A DNA stretch of 64,000 nt, taken from assembly GCA_030324005.1 (NCBI GenBank), contig JARDVH010000042.1, forward strand, positions 82,023,337 to 82,087,336, read 5' to 3'. The position numbers and the translations under genes are program-made. The notes beneath the pieces were generated by a model. That model was not told the origin of the DNA and made no database searches. It worked only from the letters and a program-made list of their open reading frames with translations. The stretch's first letter is position 1, and each line of letters starts with the position of its first letter. This DNA is from Negaprion brevirostris. Lineage: Eukaryota. Positions 13,070 to 25,881 of the stretch are shown one piece after another.

Positions 13070-14855
13070 CTATTTTTTTGCAAATGTATACATTACTCAT
13101 AGACAAGCTGAAAGAACGTTACAAACGTTCCAAAATGCCCATCACACAATGTGTAATAATGTTCAGGTTCTTTACATACATCAAGTTGCACTCTGCAGTG
13201 CTTCAATACAATTAGAAAAACATTACAAACATTTCAAAATGGTCCTTACAAATGGTGCAGAGGTAATTAAAAGTAGTTGACATAGAACATTTTGCACTCT
13301 GAGTGCAAATAATTGTGACACATGTAACATTCGCTGTGCACATTCAGTGAGTCATTCAACCTGAGGGGGTTCTGCTCCCCTTAGTTCACTGTGGCTGAAA
13401 GATGAGGAACAGCAACCTTCCCCATCATGTCTGTGGCGGCAGTCCCAAGCTTTAGTCTGTCCCTCAGCACATAGTCGTGGATTTGGAATGTGCCAGTCTG
13501 CCATACTCTGTCGGGACAGTTCCTGCACTGAAGACCAACAAGTTTCGGAGCAGACAAAGAGCATCTTTCACTGAGTCGATGATCTTCCAGGAACAGCTGA
13601 TGTTTGTCTTGGAATACATCCCTGGGAACAACACAAGAGTCCTGCGTCATAGAGCGGTTTGGGATGAATCTCAACAAAAACCACCTCGTGTATCTCCAGA
13701 TCTTCTTTGCAAAGATACATTCCACAAGGAGGAGGACAACTACCCTGTTGTTGTCACCTTAAGGGCAATGTACAGATAGGGTGAGATTCCAGGTGTGTAG
13801 GAAGGATGTGACAGTGACGATCTTTCTCACCACTGGCCAAGATAGATCTTGGTGCTTGTTTGAAAGTTCTGGTGATGAGGCATTCTGCCAAATGACTTTG
13901 GCAGTCTGCTCATGGAAGATTTGACAGGATCAGTCATCTCCTTTTCCAGTAGGGCCTTGAGGAAGTTATGTGGAGACCACTGCCTGATGGATTTATGGCA
14001 GAAGATGTTTCTCTGCATAAAGTTTTCCTTGAAGGACAGGTGGTACGACATGGTCCAACTACTTGAAATGTTCTGCGGTAGCATGATCAGACCATCCTTC
14101 GTAACACTGGGGGCAGGTAGGACTTCAGTACATAGTGACACTTAGTGTTTGTGTAATGAGGACGCACAGCTTGATGCAGCCACACAGTGTTCCTAATGCA
14201 TGTCCTGGTTCCACAAACCATATCTCCAGCATATTCAGGCCGTCTCCCTGACATGAAGAGGACTAAGGTTTGGTCTGCCCAGTTCCTAAAGAAGATGGCC
14301 TTACTTTTGCCACGATTCACCTTGGCAACCAAGGCCAATTTGAATTGGCTGCAGATGTTGACCAGTCTGCACATCAACTGTGGACCTGAGCAGAAGATGA
14401 TAACATTGTCCATATGCAGTGAGGCTTTGATCTGAGTGCCTCTACTGCCTTGGATCATCACTCCTTTTGTACCTGAAATCTTCCTTATATACTCAGTAAA
14501 GCGTTCTATACAACAGACGAACAGGACGGGGGACAGAGCGGGTAGCACTGCCTGACCTCCAGAGTTAATTAGAAAGTTTTCTGATTCCCATCCATTGATT
14601 GAAACTGCACCAGCGATGTTTGTATAGAGCATTTGAATCCAATTGTGGGTTTTCTCCACAAGCCTCATTTTGAAGAATACATCCACCATGTAGATGTACG
14701 ATATTTTTTAAAATGCCTTTGGCTAGTCCAGGCTGATAAGGCAAGTGTCCACCCTCCTGTCCTGCACATAGGTAGTCATATTCCTGAGTCACGCAAGGCT
14801 GTCAGAGATGCTGGAACAGAGCAGGTCTGAACAGGATGGATCACCAGGTCCAGAC
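13070..14855 (-). mobile_element. Tx1-clade (L1 group) non-LTR retrotransposon, 5'-truncated and decayed
   Basis: Minus ORF 14087-14689 reads WIQMLYTNIAGAVSINGWESENFLINSG..LSPVLFVCCIE..IKASLHMDNV..VNRGKSKA (RT domains). Downstream frames give a Cys-rich C-terminal region. Multiple frameshifts. Confidence 0.85.
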
Positions 14856-15239
14856 TTCAACTTTGATTAATGAATTGAAAAGATTTTTCAGCAGACTTTT
14901 ATTACTGCCCCTTAACTGAGACAATTCTCCCTAATCGTTTTGGAGTCTGCACCCAGAGTTGTGAACAGTTATGCAAGTAAGATTCACCTGGAAAATTTAG
15001 TGGAATTTGACCTGATCTTTCAGAGGGATTGCTGTGTTTCAGAATGATTTAGAACTGACCGTGAACTTTTAATAACTAATCTAAGTCAACCTTCCATACG
15101 TCCATATAGCACATCCAAGGTGCAGCCCCTGATTGCTCTGAAGCTGCAGACACTTGACTGCAGCCCTTCAATTCTCCCTCAGGCTGGATCCAGTCTCCTG
15201 AGCATACAACCTTCTACAGAGTAACCCCAAGTGCCATCA

Positions 15240-15378
15240 CCTAGGTTAGCTGGATTAGCCATGGCAGGGGGTTACAGGGATAGGGAGGGTTGGATGGGCA
15301 TGGGTTCGATGCTCTTCCGGAGAGTTAGTGCAGACTTGACTAGCCTAATGACCTCTTTCTGCACTGTAGGGAATCTAT
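15240..15378 (+). mobile_element. HE1-like SINE 3' half
   Basis: ggttagctggattagccatgg..ggggttacagggatagg..gtgcagacttga..ctgcactgtagggaatctat. Confidence 0.7.
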
Positions 15379-15439
15379 CACGTAGAGCCAGCCTCGTCAC
15401 TCCTTCAGAGTCCAAGCCCTGGGTGCCTGACCTCCTCAT

Positions 15440-16105
15440 CGCAGATGACACTAAGATGGGTGGAAGAGCAAAATGTGCAGAGGACATTGAAAGTCTGCAA
15501 AGGAATATAGATAATCTAAGTGAGTGGGTGAGGGTCTGGCAGATGGAATACAATGTTAGTAAATGTGAGGTCATCCTATTTGGTAGGAATAACAGCAAAA
15601 TGGACTATTATTTAAATAGTAAAAAATTGCAACATGCTGCTGTGCAGAGGGACCTGGGTGTCCTTGTGCAGGAATTTCAAGGAGTTGGTTTGCAGGCGCA
15701 GCAAGTAATTAAGAAGGCAAATGGAATTTTGTCCTTCATTGCTAGAGGGATGGAGTTTAAAAACAGCAAGATATTGCAGCTGTATAAGCTGCTGATGAGG
15801 CCACACTTGGAGTACTGTGTACAGTTTTTGTCTCCGTACTGGCACTGGAGGGAGTGCAGAGGAGATTCACTAGGTTGATTCCGGAGTTGAGAGAGTTGAC
15901 TTATGAGGAGAGACTGAGCAGACTGGGGCTATATTCATTGGAATTCAGAAGAATGAGGGGAGACCTTATAGAAACGTATAAGATTATGAAAGCAATAAAT
16001 AAGATAGAAGCAGGGAGTTTGTTTCCACTGGCGGGTGAAACTAGAACTAGGGGGCACAGCCTCAAAATAAGGGGAAGCAGATTTAGGACTGAGTTGAGGA
16101 GGAAG
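15440..16105 (+). mobile_element. CR1/HER1-like LINE ORF2 C-terminal fragment
   Basis: ADDTKMGG..WQMEYNVSKCEV..RDLGVLV..RPHLEYCVQF..QRRFTRLIP..RGDLIETYKI..TRGHSLKI. Confidence 0.93.
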
Positions 16106-17259
16106 TAAGTAGGGAGACATACAGTGAGAGAGGAAAGATTGAGACTGGAAGACAAATCAATGAATAGAGAATTAGCTGGAAGGTACAAAGTTCATTGCAA
16201 GGATGGTTTTGCTTTTTTTGTGTGAACAAAGCCACAGAATCTCCATTAGTGCATTTTAAGGTTACAGAGTGTGACAACTTTGTCGTCCTCATTTTCAAAT
16301 CTCTGGTGAACTCAAATCACAGTGGGTGACCAACCTTTTATTGGCTTGTAGGAAAAGTTGTTCCAGATTACATGTCACAAGGGTCCTTGTCCTTCAATAA
16401 ATGGACTCGAGATTGTGTTAGTCATATGAAATCTTGAGGACAACACGGATACTGTGATCTCTGGGACTGCCATGTGCAGATGTGTCTGCAAAATGTCCAG
16501 GAGAGTGTGTGTGCCCTTCTCTCTTCAGCCCTTTCACCAAAAGAGATAAAAGGATTAGTGAGACATATAGTAAAGTTTCCTGAGGGTCAACCCCTTCTGC
16601 CATTGCCTGGTTTATGCATGCTGCTGTTGTAATGTCCTGGAGTGTCGTTTTAAATGCTGCAGTCTAACTTCCATATAAATAAGTAATTAGCCATAATCAC
16701 TATTTCAAGTAGATATGCAAATGAATGGGTCCAGGAAATCCTGTTCAAATTAGTTCTCCTGATCACTGATGGAGGCCAAAATTTTCTTGTGCTATAAAGT
16801 AGTTGTGAGCACACAACTCACTGCATTGAAATTCTCCCCTTATAAATTTGCACAGTTTGCCTCCATCTCCCCAGTGCTAAACCACCTTCCTGGAGGAAGT
16901 AGTAGACCAGCTAAACTGGCTACAATAATCCACCCACACACAAGCAAGGGTGCCAACTACAAGTCCAGAACTCCGTGTTCTGCAACCCAGTTTAACCTCA
17001 GGTATCAAGAACAAACAAATTGCTTCTACCCTTATAGCTTCATTGTGTCTGGTACAAGCAAAATCATCTAGAAACTTTTCTGTATTTATGTACTCTCCCT
17101 GCAAGCACTGTGTAATTAAAATAACAATTATGCAAAAGTACTTGAAAATGCAAAACATGCTCACAGGGTTAATTCTATCTAATGCAGAGGCTAGCATGAA
17201 GTGCCAATAAAATCACAGTAACAAAAACTTAAATTGTAACTTTATTAGTATCAACAACA

Positions 17260-17526
17260 TGGGGAGGCAGCGTTACATGATATTGTCATTCAGTAGTAAT
17301 CCAGAGACCCGGGGTAATGCTCTGGGGACCCAGGTTCAAATCCCACCATAGCGGGTAGCAAAATTTATATTCAATAAAAATCTGGAATTAAAAATCTAAT
17401 GAATAGATTGTTGATTAAGGAAGGAAATCTGTCATCGTTCTGTGTTCTGGCCTATATGCTATTCCAGATCCACAGCAATGTGGTTGACTCTTAAATTCCC
17501 TCAGGGTTAGACAATAAATTCTGGCT
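17260..17526 (+). mobile_element. tRNA-derived SINE (second family)
   Basis: B-box caggttcaaatcccacca, body ctggcctatatg..ccagatccacagcaatgtggttgactcttaa, tail gggttagacaataaattctggc. Confidence 0.65.
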
Positions 17527-18089
17527 CAAAAAGACAGCAGCAACAGAAAAAACTATTCAGAAATAACACTGTAACAACTGTTGAGACTTTAACTGCTGTA
17601 TTCTTGTCAGATATATTTGCCACAACAGGCAAATAGATAGATACAATAATTTCGATTTTTGTTATTCAAGTTATCCAGCATCCTAATTATCCATTAACAC
17701 GCTGCCTACAGTGTTGAATCTACCTGATGACTTACAAATAAAAACAAGATAAAAGAGCTTTTCTTGATGAATAAAACCATTTAATCCTTTTCATTGATTT
17801 CATTCCAGTGCTAAAGTATTGCCTTTTTCCTGTCTGTCTAGCTTTTATTCGAGACATAATTTAAAAATCCGGTACTTGCACACTATAACCCCAGGGTCAA
17901 TTGATTTATTCCGGACCTTCATTTTTCTCCTCCAGTTTCAGTTTTCTGAAATATGAGAATGTTTTGGTGAAAATTTATTGCTTTACCTTCAGTCCAGGGT
18001 TGTTAAAAAGGCAGCGAAATTAGACAACTTTTTGTGCTTTTCATACTGTGAAAATATTACACCTGTCCTTTTGGCAAAATACACCAGTG

Positions 18090-18660
18090 TGCAGCTCTGA
18101 TATATGCATTAGATTTAAACTAATCTATATTCAACTATTCTTGCTTTCCCATTCCCACAATTAGCTCTGGTGTCCCCGAAGGATCTATCTTTGGCCCCTT
18201 TGTATTTCTTATTTACATGCTGCCCTGTAGCAATGTTATCCGAAAGCACATCAAGTCCAACTCTACCTCACCACCACCTCTCTCTACCCCTCCACTTCCT
18301 CTAATTTGCCAAGCTAGTATGACATTTCTCTCCCTTGTTTTCATATCACCTCAATTGTCTCGCCCCTCCTCATCTCTGAAATTTCCTACATAATCCTCCC
18401 GAAGCATCTGCGCTGCACAAACTCTAGCCTCTTGTGCATCCCCGATTTTAATCGCCCCACTATTTACAGCTGTGCCTTAAGCTGACTCAATTCTAATATC
18501 TGGAATTCACTCCCCAGTGAATATCTCTACCTCTCTCCCCTTTCCTCCATTAAAATCTACCTTTTTTCCCAGACATTTGGTTTGATATCTCCAGTTGTGG
18601 TTTGTGTCCATTTTTGATTGGTAACACTCCTGTGAAGTATTTTAGGGTGTTTTGGTGAAT
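18090..18660 (+). mobile_element. L2 LINE fragment
   Basis: GVP.GS.LGP.LF.IYMLP motif (ggtgtccccgaaggatctatctttggcccc..atttacatgctgccc) and L2-type tail (cctgtgaagtattttaggg). Confidence 0.7.
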
Positions 18661-18739
18661 TAATTTACTTTGGCAGGGATTTTCCAGCTCTACACAGACA
18701 CGCACACAAACACACAGACACAGCCGGGAAATCGCAGTT

Positions 18740-19310
18740 GATGTGAGGAATCAAAAAGGAAGAAGATGGATTGAGTAAACTGGAATGAAAAATATACAAA
18801 CAGTAAGAGTTTCTAGAAGTAGATAAAAAGGAAGAGAGTAGCTGAAATAAACATTGGTCCCTTAGAGGGTGAGACTGGTGAATAAATATTAAGAAACAAG
18901 GAAATGGCTGAAATTTTGAACAAATGTTTTATACGTTTTTGTGGTAGAAGACTAAAAATATCCCAATGATAGTAAAAAATGAGGGGACAAAGGGAATAAA
19001 GAACTTAAAATAATTACTACCACTAGGAAAAAAAAGTAGGCAAACTAATCTTAGACAGAGATGAGGCCAAATTTTTTCTTCTCAAAGGGTCGCGAATCTT
19101 TGGTATTCTCTATCCCATGGAGCTGTAGTGGCTGTCGTTGAATATACTAAAGATTGAGATGGACATATTTTTGATCTACACGGCTGTCAACGTTTGTGGG
19201 GAGCAGGAGGGACATTGAAGTTGAGGCCAAGATCAGATCAGCCCTGATCTTGATGAATGGCAAAGCAGGCAGGAAAGGCTGTGTGCCCTGCTCCTTGTCT
19301 TAATGTTCTT
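18740..19310 (+). mobile_element. CR1-like LINE fragments (internally deleted) with 3' UTR
   Basis: NKEMAEILNKCF motif joined to a 3' end ...tcagatcagccctgatcttgatgaatggcaaagcaggc. Confidence 0.7.
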
Positions 19311-19574
19311 TAAGGCTCTGTATAGGAATGCGTGCAAAAAAAAGTGAAAGAATAACTTGAGCGCATGTTGCTGTTTCACAGAGGACTTAACTCTTACTTA
19401 AAATATATTAATCATTTTGTTTGCCCGTAACACAAAATATTGTTTTGAACTTTATATCTCTGAGTGCACATTTGAGTTATATGTGAGTTTAAAATCTTAT
19501 TTAGACATGAATATTGCTTAAAACTGGTAAATGTACGCAGTTGTAAGTAACCACCCTTTTATTTTCCTTTACAG

Positions 19575-19861
19575 AGGGGCGTTTGCATCTCCAGGATATC
19601 CCTTCCATAACCAGCAGAGGGCACCTGGAGGCTACCCCAGACCTGGTAGTGGACTCTTCCTACTACAGCAACTTTTATCAGCCATCTCTCTATCCAGCTT
19701 ACTACAACAATTTATACAACTATCCCCAGTACCAGGTGGCGGTGGCAGGAGATTCACCTGCTTCTGACGTCAGCTCCACACTGGGAGGGACAACTGTGAA
19801 AAACAGCCTTCGAGGCCTGTCTGCATCACTAGTGTCTGGTCAGACAGGAAACCAGTGGCAG
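19575..19861 (+). CDS. dmrt1: DMRT1 coding exon (equivalent to human exon 3; P/S/Y-rich region)
   Basis: Acceptor ttttcctttacAG at 19573-74 and donor CAG|GTAGGC at 19862. Translation (E)[95 protein letters not shown] closely matches vertebrate DMRT1 ([39 protein letters not shown]...GQTGNQWQ). Phase 1 in, phase 0 out. Confidence 0.97.
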
Positions 19862-20489
19862 GTAGGCTGGACATTGATTTTCAATGACAAAATTTTATTA
19901 TTGTCATTTTGCTAATGAGTATATAAGTATTAGAATTTATGAATAAGCTGAATGAATTGTAGTAGCAAAATAAGGTAGTGAAATGCTGATTGTATGAAAA
20001 CAATGGTTTGTGTAAGGAGGCTTTGGAGAGGTTTTCTGACCTTTTTTCCATAGAGTACACTGATTTCCCAGCTACACAATGGAGGATAAANNNNNNNNNN
20101 NNNNNNNNNNNNNNNNNNNNNNNNNNNNNNNNNNNNNNNNNNNNNNNNNNNNNNNNNNNNNNNNNNNNNNNNNNNNNNNNNNNNNNNNNNNNNNNNNNNN
20201 NNNNNNNNNNNNNNNNNNNNNNNNNNNNNNNNNNNNNNNNNNNNNNNNNNNNNNNNNNNNNNNNNNNNNNNNNNNNNNNNNNNNNNNNNNNNNNNNNNNN
20301 NNNNNNNNNNNNNNNNNNNNNNNNNNNNNNNNNNNNNNNNNNNNNNNNNNNNNNNNNNNNNNGGGGGGGGGTGGGTGAGACGTCCCCATTGTAATAAAAC
20401 AAATCTCGGTACCATTAACCATCTGATCTACAAGCCTGTTGCAATAGTAACCTTCCCCAGTTTTCTTGTGCTGGGTCACGTTAGGAAGA

Positions 20490-20780
20490 TCCATAAAATC
20501 CCTACAGTGTGGAAGGAGGCCATTTGGCCCACCACGTCTGCACTGACTCTCCGACAGTGATCCTACCCTTGCCCTATCCTCTTAACCCCATATCTTGGAA
20601 CACTTAGGGGCAATTTAGCATGGCCAATCCATCCAACCTGCGCATCTTTGGACTGTGGGAGGAAACTGGAGCTCCTGGAGGAAATCCACACAGACATGGG
20701 GAGAATATACAAACTCCACACAGACAGTCACCTGGCTGGAATTGAACCCACGTCCCTGTTGCTAATCACTGTGCCACCCC
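20490..20780 (-). mobile_element. HE1-like SINE, near full length
   Basis: atccctacagtgtggaaggaggccatttggccc...gggcaatttagcatggccaatcc...ggaaactggag...ggaattgaaccc...gtgccaccc. Confidence 0.88.
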
Positions 20781-22344
20781 CAAATGATGGGGTGAGTGGA
20801 CAAATGTACCATATTAAGGACCTAGGACACCAGATTTGGCTGTGCCTGGCCTAAGAAGGCACAATACTGTACAGAGTGGGAGAGAGAACCAGGAACTTTG
20901 TCTTTTATATTCCTTGACATGTAAATTTAAAAAATGATCCTTTTAATCCTTTAAATTAAAGGAAGCATTTTGAAGCATTGCTACTAAATTAATTTCACAC
21001 AATTTAGTTTAGATATGTCTTTACTAATGCAGCTGCCCATTCTACATCTGTTCATCTCATTGCCTCACCAGTCAATGTTCCCTTTATTTTCTTTCTTTGC
21101 TTTAATTTAGGTTCTTTCTCTCTCTCTCTCACACACACATTCCTCCCCACTGCGCCCTGTGCTGTCCCCTAACAAGATGAGCAGGTAAATTAGTCTCTTC
21201 AGTCAGTATAAGGAAAGGCATGAGAGTCACTTGTAAATTGTCAGTTTCTCTGACAGGATTTCAGGATGTCCTGACAGAGGGGCTTTAGATTAGAAACTTG
21301 AAATATGGACATTCGTAGCAGGAGCTAAGTTTCTACCACTCCAAGCCACAGAGGGAGCATTTTGAACCTGTCAGAATAGTAGTATTGGGATGGGGAGATG
21401 TCATTTTAAAAAAAGAAATCTCAATCCCTTCGCCAATCTGCCCATTTCTGGATTGAGCAGAGATGGGATGGGGGTTAATTGTGACCAACTAAACACCTTC
21501 CAGGGGGAATTTAATCATCTCAGCATTTTAGTGGAACTTGGGCCTTGTTTTTAACCTGCCTTACAAGTTTGACCCTGGCCGGCCAGATTTTGCAGGCCAT
21601 GGGAGTTCAGAGCTGAAAGGAGGTAAGGTAGAGCTGTGTGTTCCTGCAGTACAGCTTGTGGGCCAGGAAAAGCAAGAATGCTTCCTCCAGCCCATCAAGC
21701 TACCTTCATTTCAACCCTCTCCCCTCCCACCATCCAATCTGATCTCTGTGCCATCTGATCCTTGTTAGGAGATTTGAACCCCCTCCCCAATCCCCAATCC
21801 TGCCCTCCCACCAATATGCCAGTTTCCTTTTCTGCACCCTCCTAATTCCTGCCTGACAGAGAACCCAGTCTGTTGATTGATTTGCCTTTGGGTGGGAGCC
21901 TATTGGAAAATAAATAGGTGCACAATTAAAACTTCAGAGCATCCCAACCAGAACCCCATCCCATTTCCAAATTACTTGAGTAACCTACTGCTTAGGGCTT
22001 TAGGGCTGTTGTTCACCAGCCAGCTGTGTGCTGCTTTCTTGTTTTATTAATGAATGTTTGACTTCATGTTTCTTTAATGCTCATCAGCAAATCTAATAAA
22101 ACCTATGTAGCTATGTACCTGAGTACTGGTGACCTGTTAATCAGTATAATGATTGTGTGTTAAACCTGTATGTACATAGAAACACAAAACAGCTTGAAAA
22201 TTTGACACCTTTTAATATTCCCATTACTTGCTTTGACTTATGGACGCAGACATGTTTTGTTAAAAATAGGTTGGATTCGTCACATCTAACATTGCATATC
22301 TGGGTGAAAGGATTTATTTACATTGCATATGTTTTCATTTTCAG

Positions 22345-22365
22345 AGAAATGAAAGTGATGAGAAG
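22345..22365 (+). CDS. Candidate 21-nt frame-preserving dmrt1 microexon (RNESDEK)
   Basis: gttttcattttcAG|AGAAATGAAAGTGATGAGAAG|GTAAGT. Phase 0-0 matches the intron it lies in, and there is no stop. Transcript support is unknown. Confidence 0.4.
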
Positions 22366-25300
22366 GTAAGTACTCATGTTCATTAGTTTCTGCATGGCAA
22401 TTTCTTCCCTCCTCATTTTTTCAAAATGCTTTCAGATCTGAGATCTTGGTTTCTCTGAGTACTTTTGTCCATGTACTGCATGCGCTAATTTTATGTTTTT
22501 TCTCATTTTGTGCTTTTTTAACCTTGCCTTTTACCAAGATTCGCGTGGAGTTCTTGTAGCTGAGACTGTACTATATATGACTTTCAACATCACAGTTTAT
22601 CCTTGTATTAATGCTGCAGGGACATGTCATGTGAATATTATAACAAACAGAAGGCCCTGCATACGTTACAGGTGAAATTTCTGGCTGGGCCTCACACACA
22701 GTCTTGTTGAAAAATCTCTGGCATTGCATTTGAAGTATGTTGCCTATATAACCAGTGCTGCTGGCCTTAAACTAAATTTTACTTTGAGTTTCAAGAAAGG
22801 TTATGAATTGGAATAGGTGATTGTTGGAACTGGCTAGTAATCTGAATTCTGGGCTTTAAGACCCTTCAGAGATTGTCCTGCTGTTAATGCCTTTGTTAAA
22901 ATAGCAGCCAGAAAAGCTTCATATACACTCACACTCATTAACACTGCACCCCCATTTAGTTTCCCAGAACAAGTTAGTTTGCTGTCACCCTCAAAAGAAA
23001 GAGCACACTCTGGAAAAACCGTAACAAAAATAATCTAAGCAAAATGTTCAAGCTTAGTCAAATTGTCAAAGGAAAAGAATTAATGGGCTGAGGCAATACT
23101 GAAAAATAAAATCCAGTGCAGTGCTCAAAGAAGAAAGACACGATCGTGCTAATAGGCCACTGAAGAACTCTAACCTGACCAGAGGAATGAGTGGGAAGCT
23201 CTTCAAAATTGTACCTGATGTCAAAACATCCACCGTGGATTCACAGATGCTGAGTAAGTCCTAACTGTATTTACTTTAACTGTGATAACTCTCAGGCAGA
23301 AAAAGCAATGCACACAATTGTAAAGTAAATGCACTTAAATGTCAAAATCTCTCTAAATACATGTCAATCGTTAATATTTTTCAGGGTTATTTTGCTTCTC
23401 GGTGTATAAATCTAACAGTTTGTTTTTGTTTGCTACCCTTTTTTTGTGTTCACAGATAAATCTCAATCAACTAGTTCCAGTCATTTATCATAGAGGCCAC
23501 AATATTGTGGAGAGCACTGCGGACGTATCAGAACCAATTCACGCTGTTTCCACAGAGCTTCTGCTTGAATTACAATGAGAAATCAGGCCCATCCCACAGA
23601 AGTTGTCCTTTCCAGAATCCGGTGATGAGAGGAAGATTTGTTGTCTGGAGGCGACAAAATGTTTCCATTCAGGGGAGGGTGTTCTGGAATCAGCTGCTGA
23701 GTGGTTTAGAGAGCCAGTTGGTGCCAGATTCTCTACATGGCTTATTGGAAGCTTTTCAAACTTCCAGACGATCCGCCATCCATTGAGGCAGATTCTGGTA
23801 TCATTCCCAGAATCTCACACTGCAGAATTTGGGCCTTCTGCAGCATTTGTTGTACAGTGACCGCACTAGCACTAGCTTGAACTGTGTGATGTTGTGAAGT
23901 TGGGCTGGACATGATTGACTGAGCTCTGTAGCTCATTACAATGGCTGCACTCCCCTGGTGGTATCACAGTGCAGCTAGGTCATTAATTCAGGGCCCTCTT
24001 TAATTTTTTCATGTCTTTGGTAGCCTCTTTTTCTGTTTTGCTTTTTCCAAACCCAGATCCTGTGAGGGTTCAGACTTTTACCAGTGTGGGCCCTCCCTTT
24101 GTGCAGCAGAACTAAAACTGTCTCTGGAATGTCTGTCTATGGTTTTTTTTCTCGTGGGGGCACTGAAAACCATGTGTCATTAGGATGGAGACAACACTAC
24201 CTTCACTGTAAAGTCAACTTGTGACAGGTAGAGCTACTCTCCATATCGATGCCTCTAGTCTCCCAAAAACCAAAACAGAAGAGCTAATGGAGGGTAAGTT
24301 GAGCTCAGTAGCATCCATTCTTCAGGTGTTACATGGGCTTCTAAGGAACCAAAATGTCAGGCACGAGGTAGATGTACAGCTCTGATGGTACAGGGCTGTT
24401 GCCTACCATATTGGGAAGGGACAAACAAGACATTGTTTATCAAAAACAAAATGCCTAAAGCAGGTGATACTACTTTTGTATATATAAATACAAGGCCTAA
24501 CACCTGCTTTAGTTTACTGCTGCAGCTTTGGTTTACCTTGCTGCAGCCAATGCCTGTCTCTAGGAGAACTGAATCAAAACACAACACGAGTAAAATAAAA
24601 AAGCAAGCAGTCAGCACCAATCACTGCCATTCCCAGAGTCTCAACTGCTCACTCCCTCCCACCTGACAATGTCCTCAAGCTGCCCGATGATCCTGTACCC
24701 CAAGGCACACAGGATTACCACTCACCTGTTAAAAAATTGAAGCACTTACACTTCCTGCTGCGTCACCTTTCTGATGATGAGGTCAAAGACTCTGTACAGC
24801 CTCTCAAACCTCAAGATGCTCAAAAGTGGTGACAGAAATTCTGTCCTGGTGAGTTTGCCAAATTATGATTTGGGGATCAGCAGAAATTTTGTGAGATGTG
24901 ACAGGCTGTCTCACCTTGGGACTCCTGGTCAGGTTATTACATTTATTTCTGTGCTGTGGCCAGGTCTTGGTGTAAATGTTGCTTGGGTCCACATACTGTG
25001 CCACTTCTCAATCTGTCCATCCACCAATTCACTTCAAGAAAAAGGCACCTGCATTTTAAGCTGTGGCAAACAGTTAAAAAACTGCTGCACTATTAAATTT
25101 CTAGAACCTAGCTCCAGCCACAGTAAGTGTGCTTCACACTAGAATCTTGTCTACCATGTGCTGCTGTGGGAAAACTGAGACAGGTTCTCCACTGGTTACA
25201 GAGGCAGCCATTCCATTTTTTTCCACTCTTCTGCCAGTTTTACATAGGGAGACTAAAATCAGTTAGCTGTACTTTATGGTTTTCTTTGAATCAGTGCAAC

Positions 25301-25756
25301 CTTTTTGACACTGCCCTCCCTCCCTCCCCTCCTTTTAAGGTTTTCGCTATGTTGAGACTTTAAAGGGCATACTTTCATTATCTTCATTTGCTTTTAGTAT
25401 TGGGGGTGGGGGCCGGTGGGTGGGTGGGGGGTAATGAAGTAGGTATATCGGAGTTATGTTTTACCCCCANNNNNNNNNNNNNNNNNNNNNNNNNNNNNNN
25501 NNNNNNNNNNNNNNNNNNAATAATTCTGATCTCTTTCACTACTTTTACAATTATGAGATTCAGGAAAGAGTAGGCCCTTAACTTTTACACTTGAGTCTAA
25601 ATGGCTGGTTATGTGACTGCAGTTTTTTTTTAAAAATCACTGTCATTTGAAAAATAGAGAAGATTAAAATGTATGTAGAAAAGTCTGAATTGAGAATTGG
25701 GTTCGCATCCCGAGACACGGGTTTGGAGTCTGTGGAGATGGTAGGATGGAAACAGA

Positions 25757-25881
25757 GGGTGGCATTTTCCCACTCCCTCGCCACAGGAATGGTAGTGGGC
25801 AGAGGTGGACCATGCAAAGGTCTGTTCACCTCAGACGGGATTTTCCGGTCTTGGGGCGAGCGCGGCTGGAAAATTCTGCCC
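25757..25881. mobile_element. 125-bp MITE with 3-bp TSD (PIF/Harbinger-like)
   Basis: TIRs GGGTGGCATTTTCC / GGAAAATTCTGCCC; AGA duplicated at 25754-56 and 25882-84. Confidence 0.75.

Noticed and set aside
1-19574. DM-domain exons 1-2 or the promoter of dmrt1
   Set aside because: No CARCRNHG, RQRVMAAQ or VALRRQQAQEEE coding sequence was seen; these exons must lie upstream of the window.
21111-21184. 74-nt pseudo-exon (tttaatttAG ... CAG|GTAAAT)
   Set aside because: Frameshifting, and largely made of (CT)n(CA)n microsatellite; probably chance.
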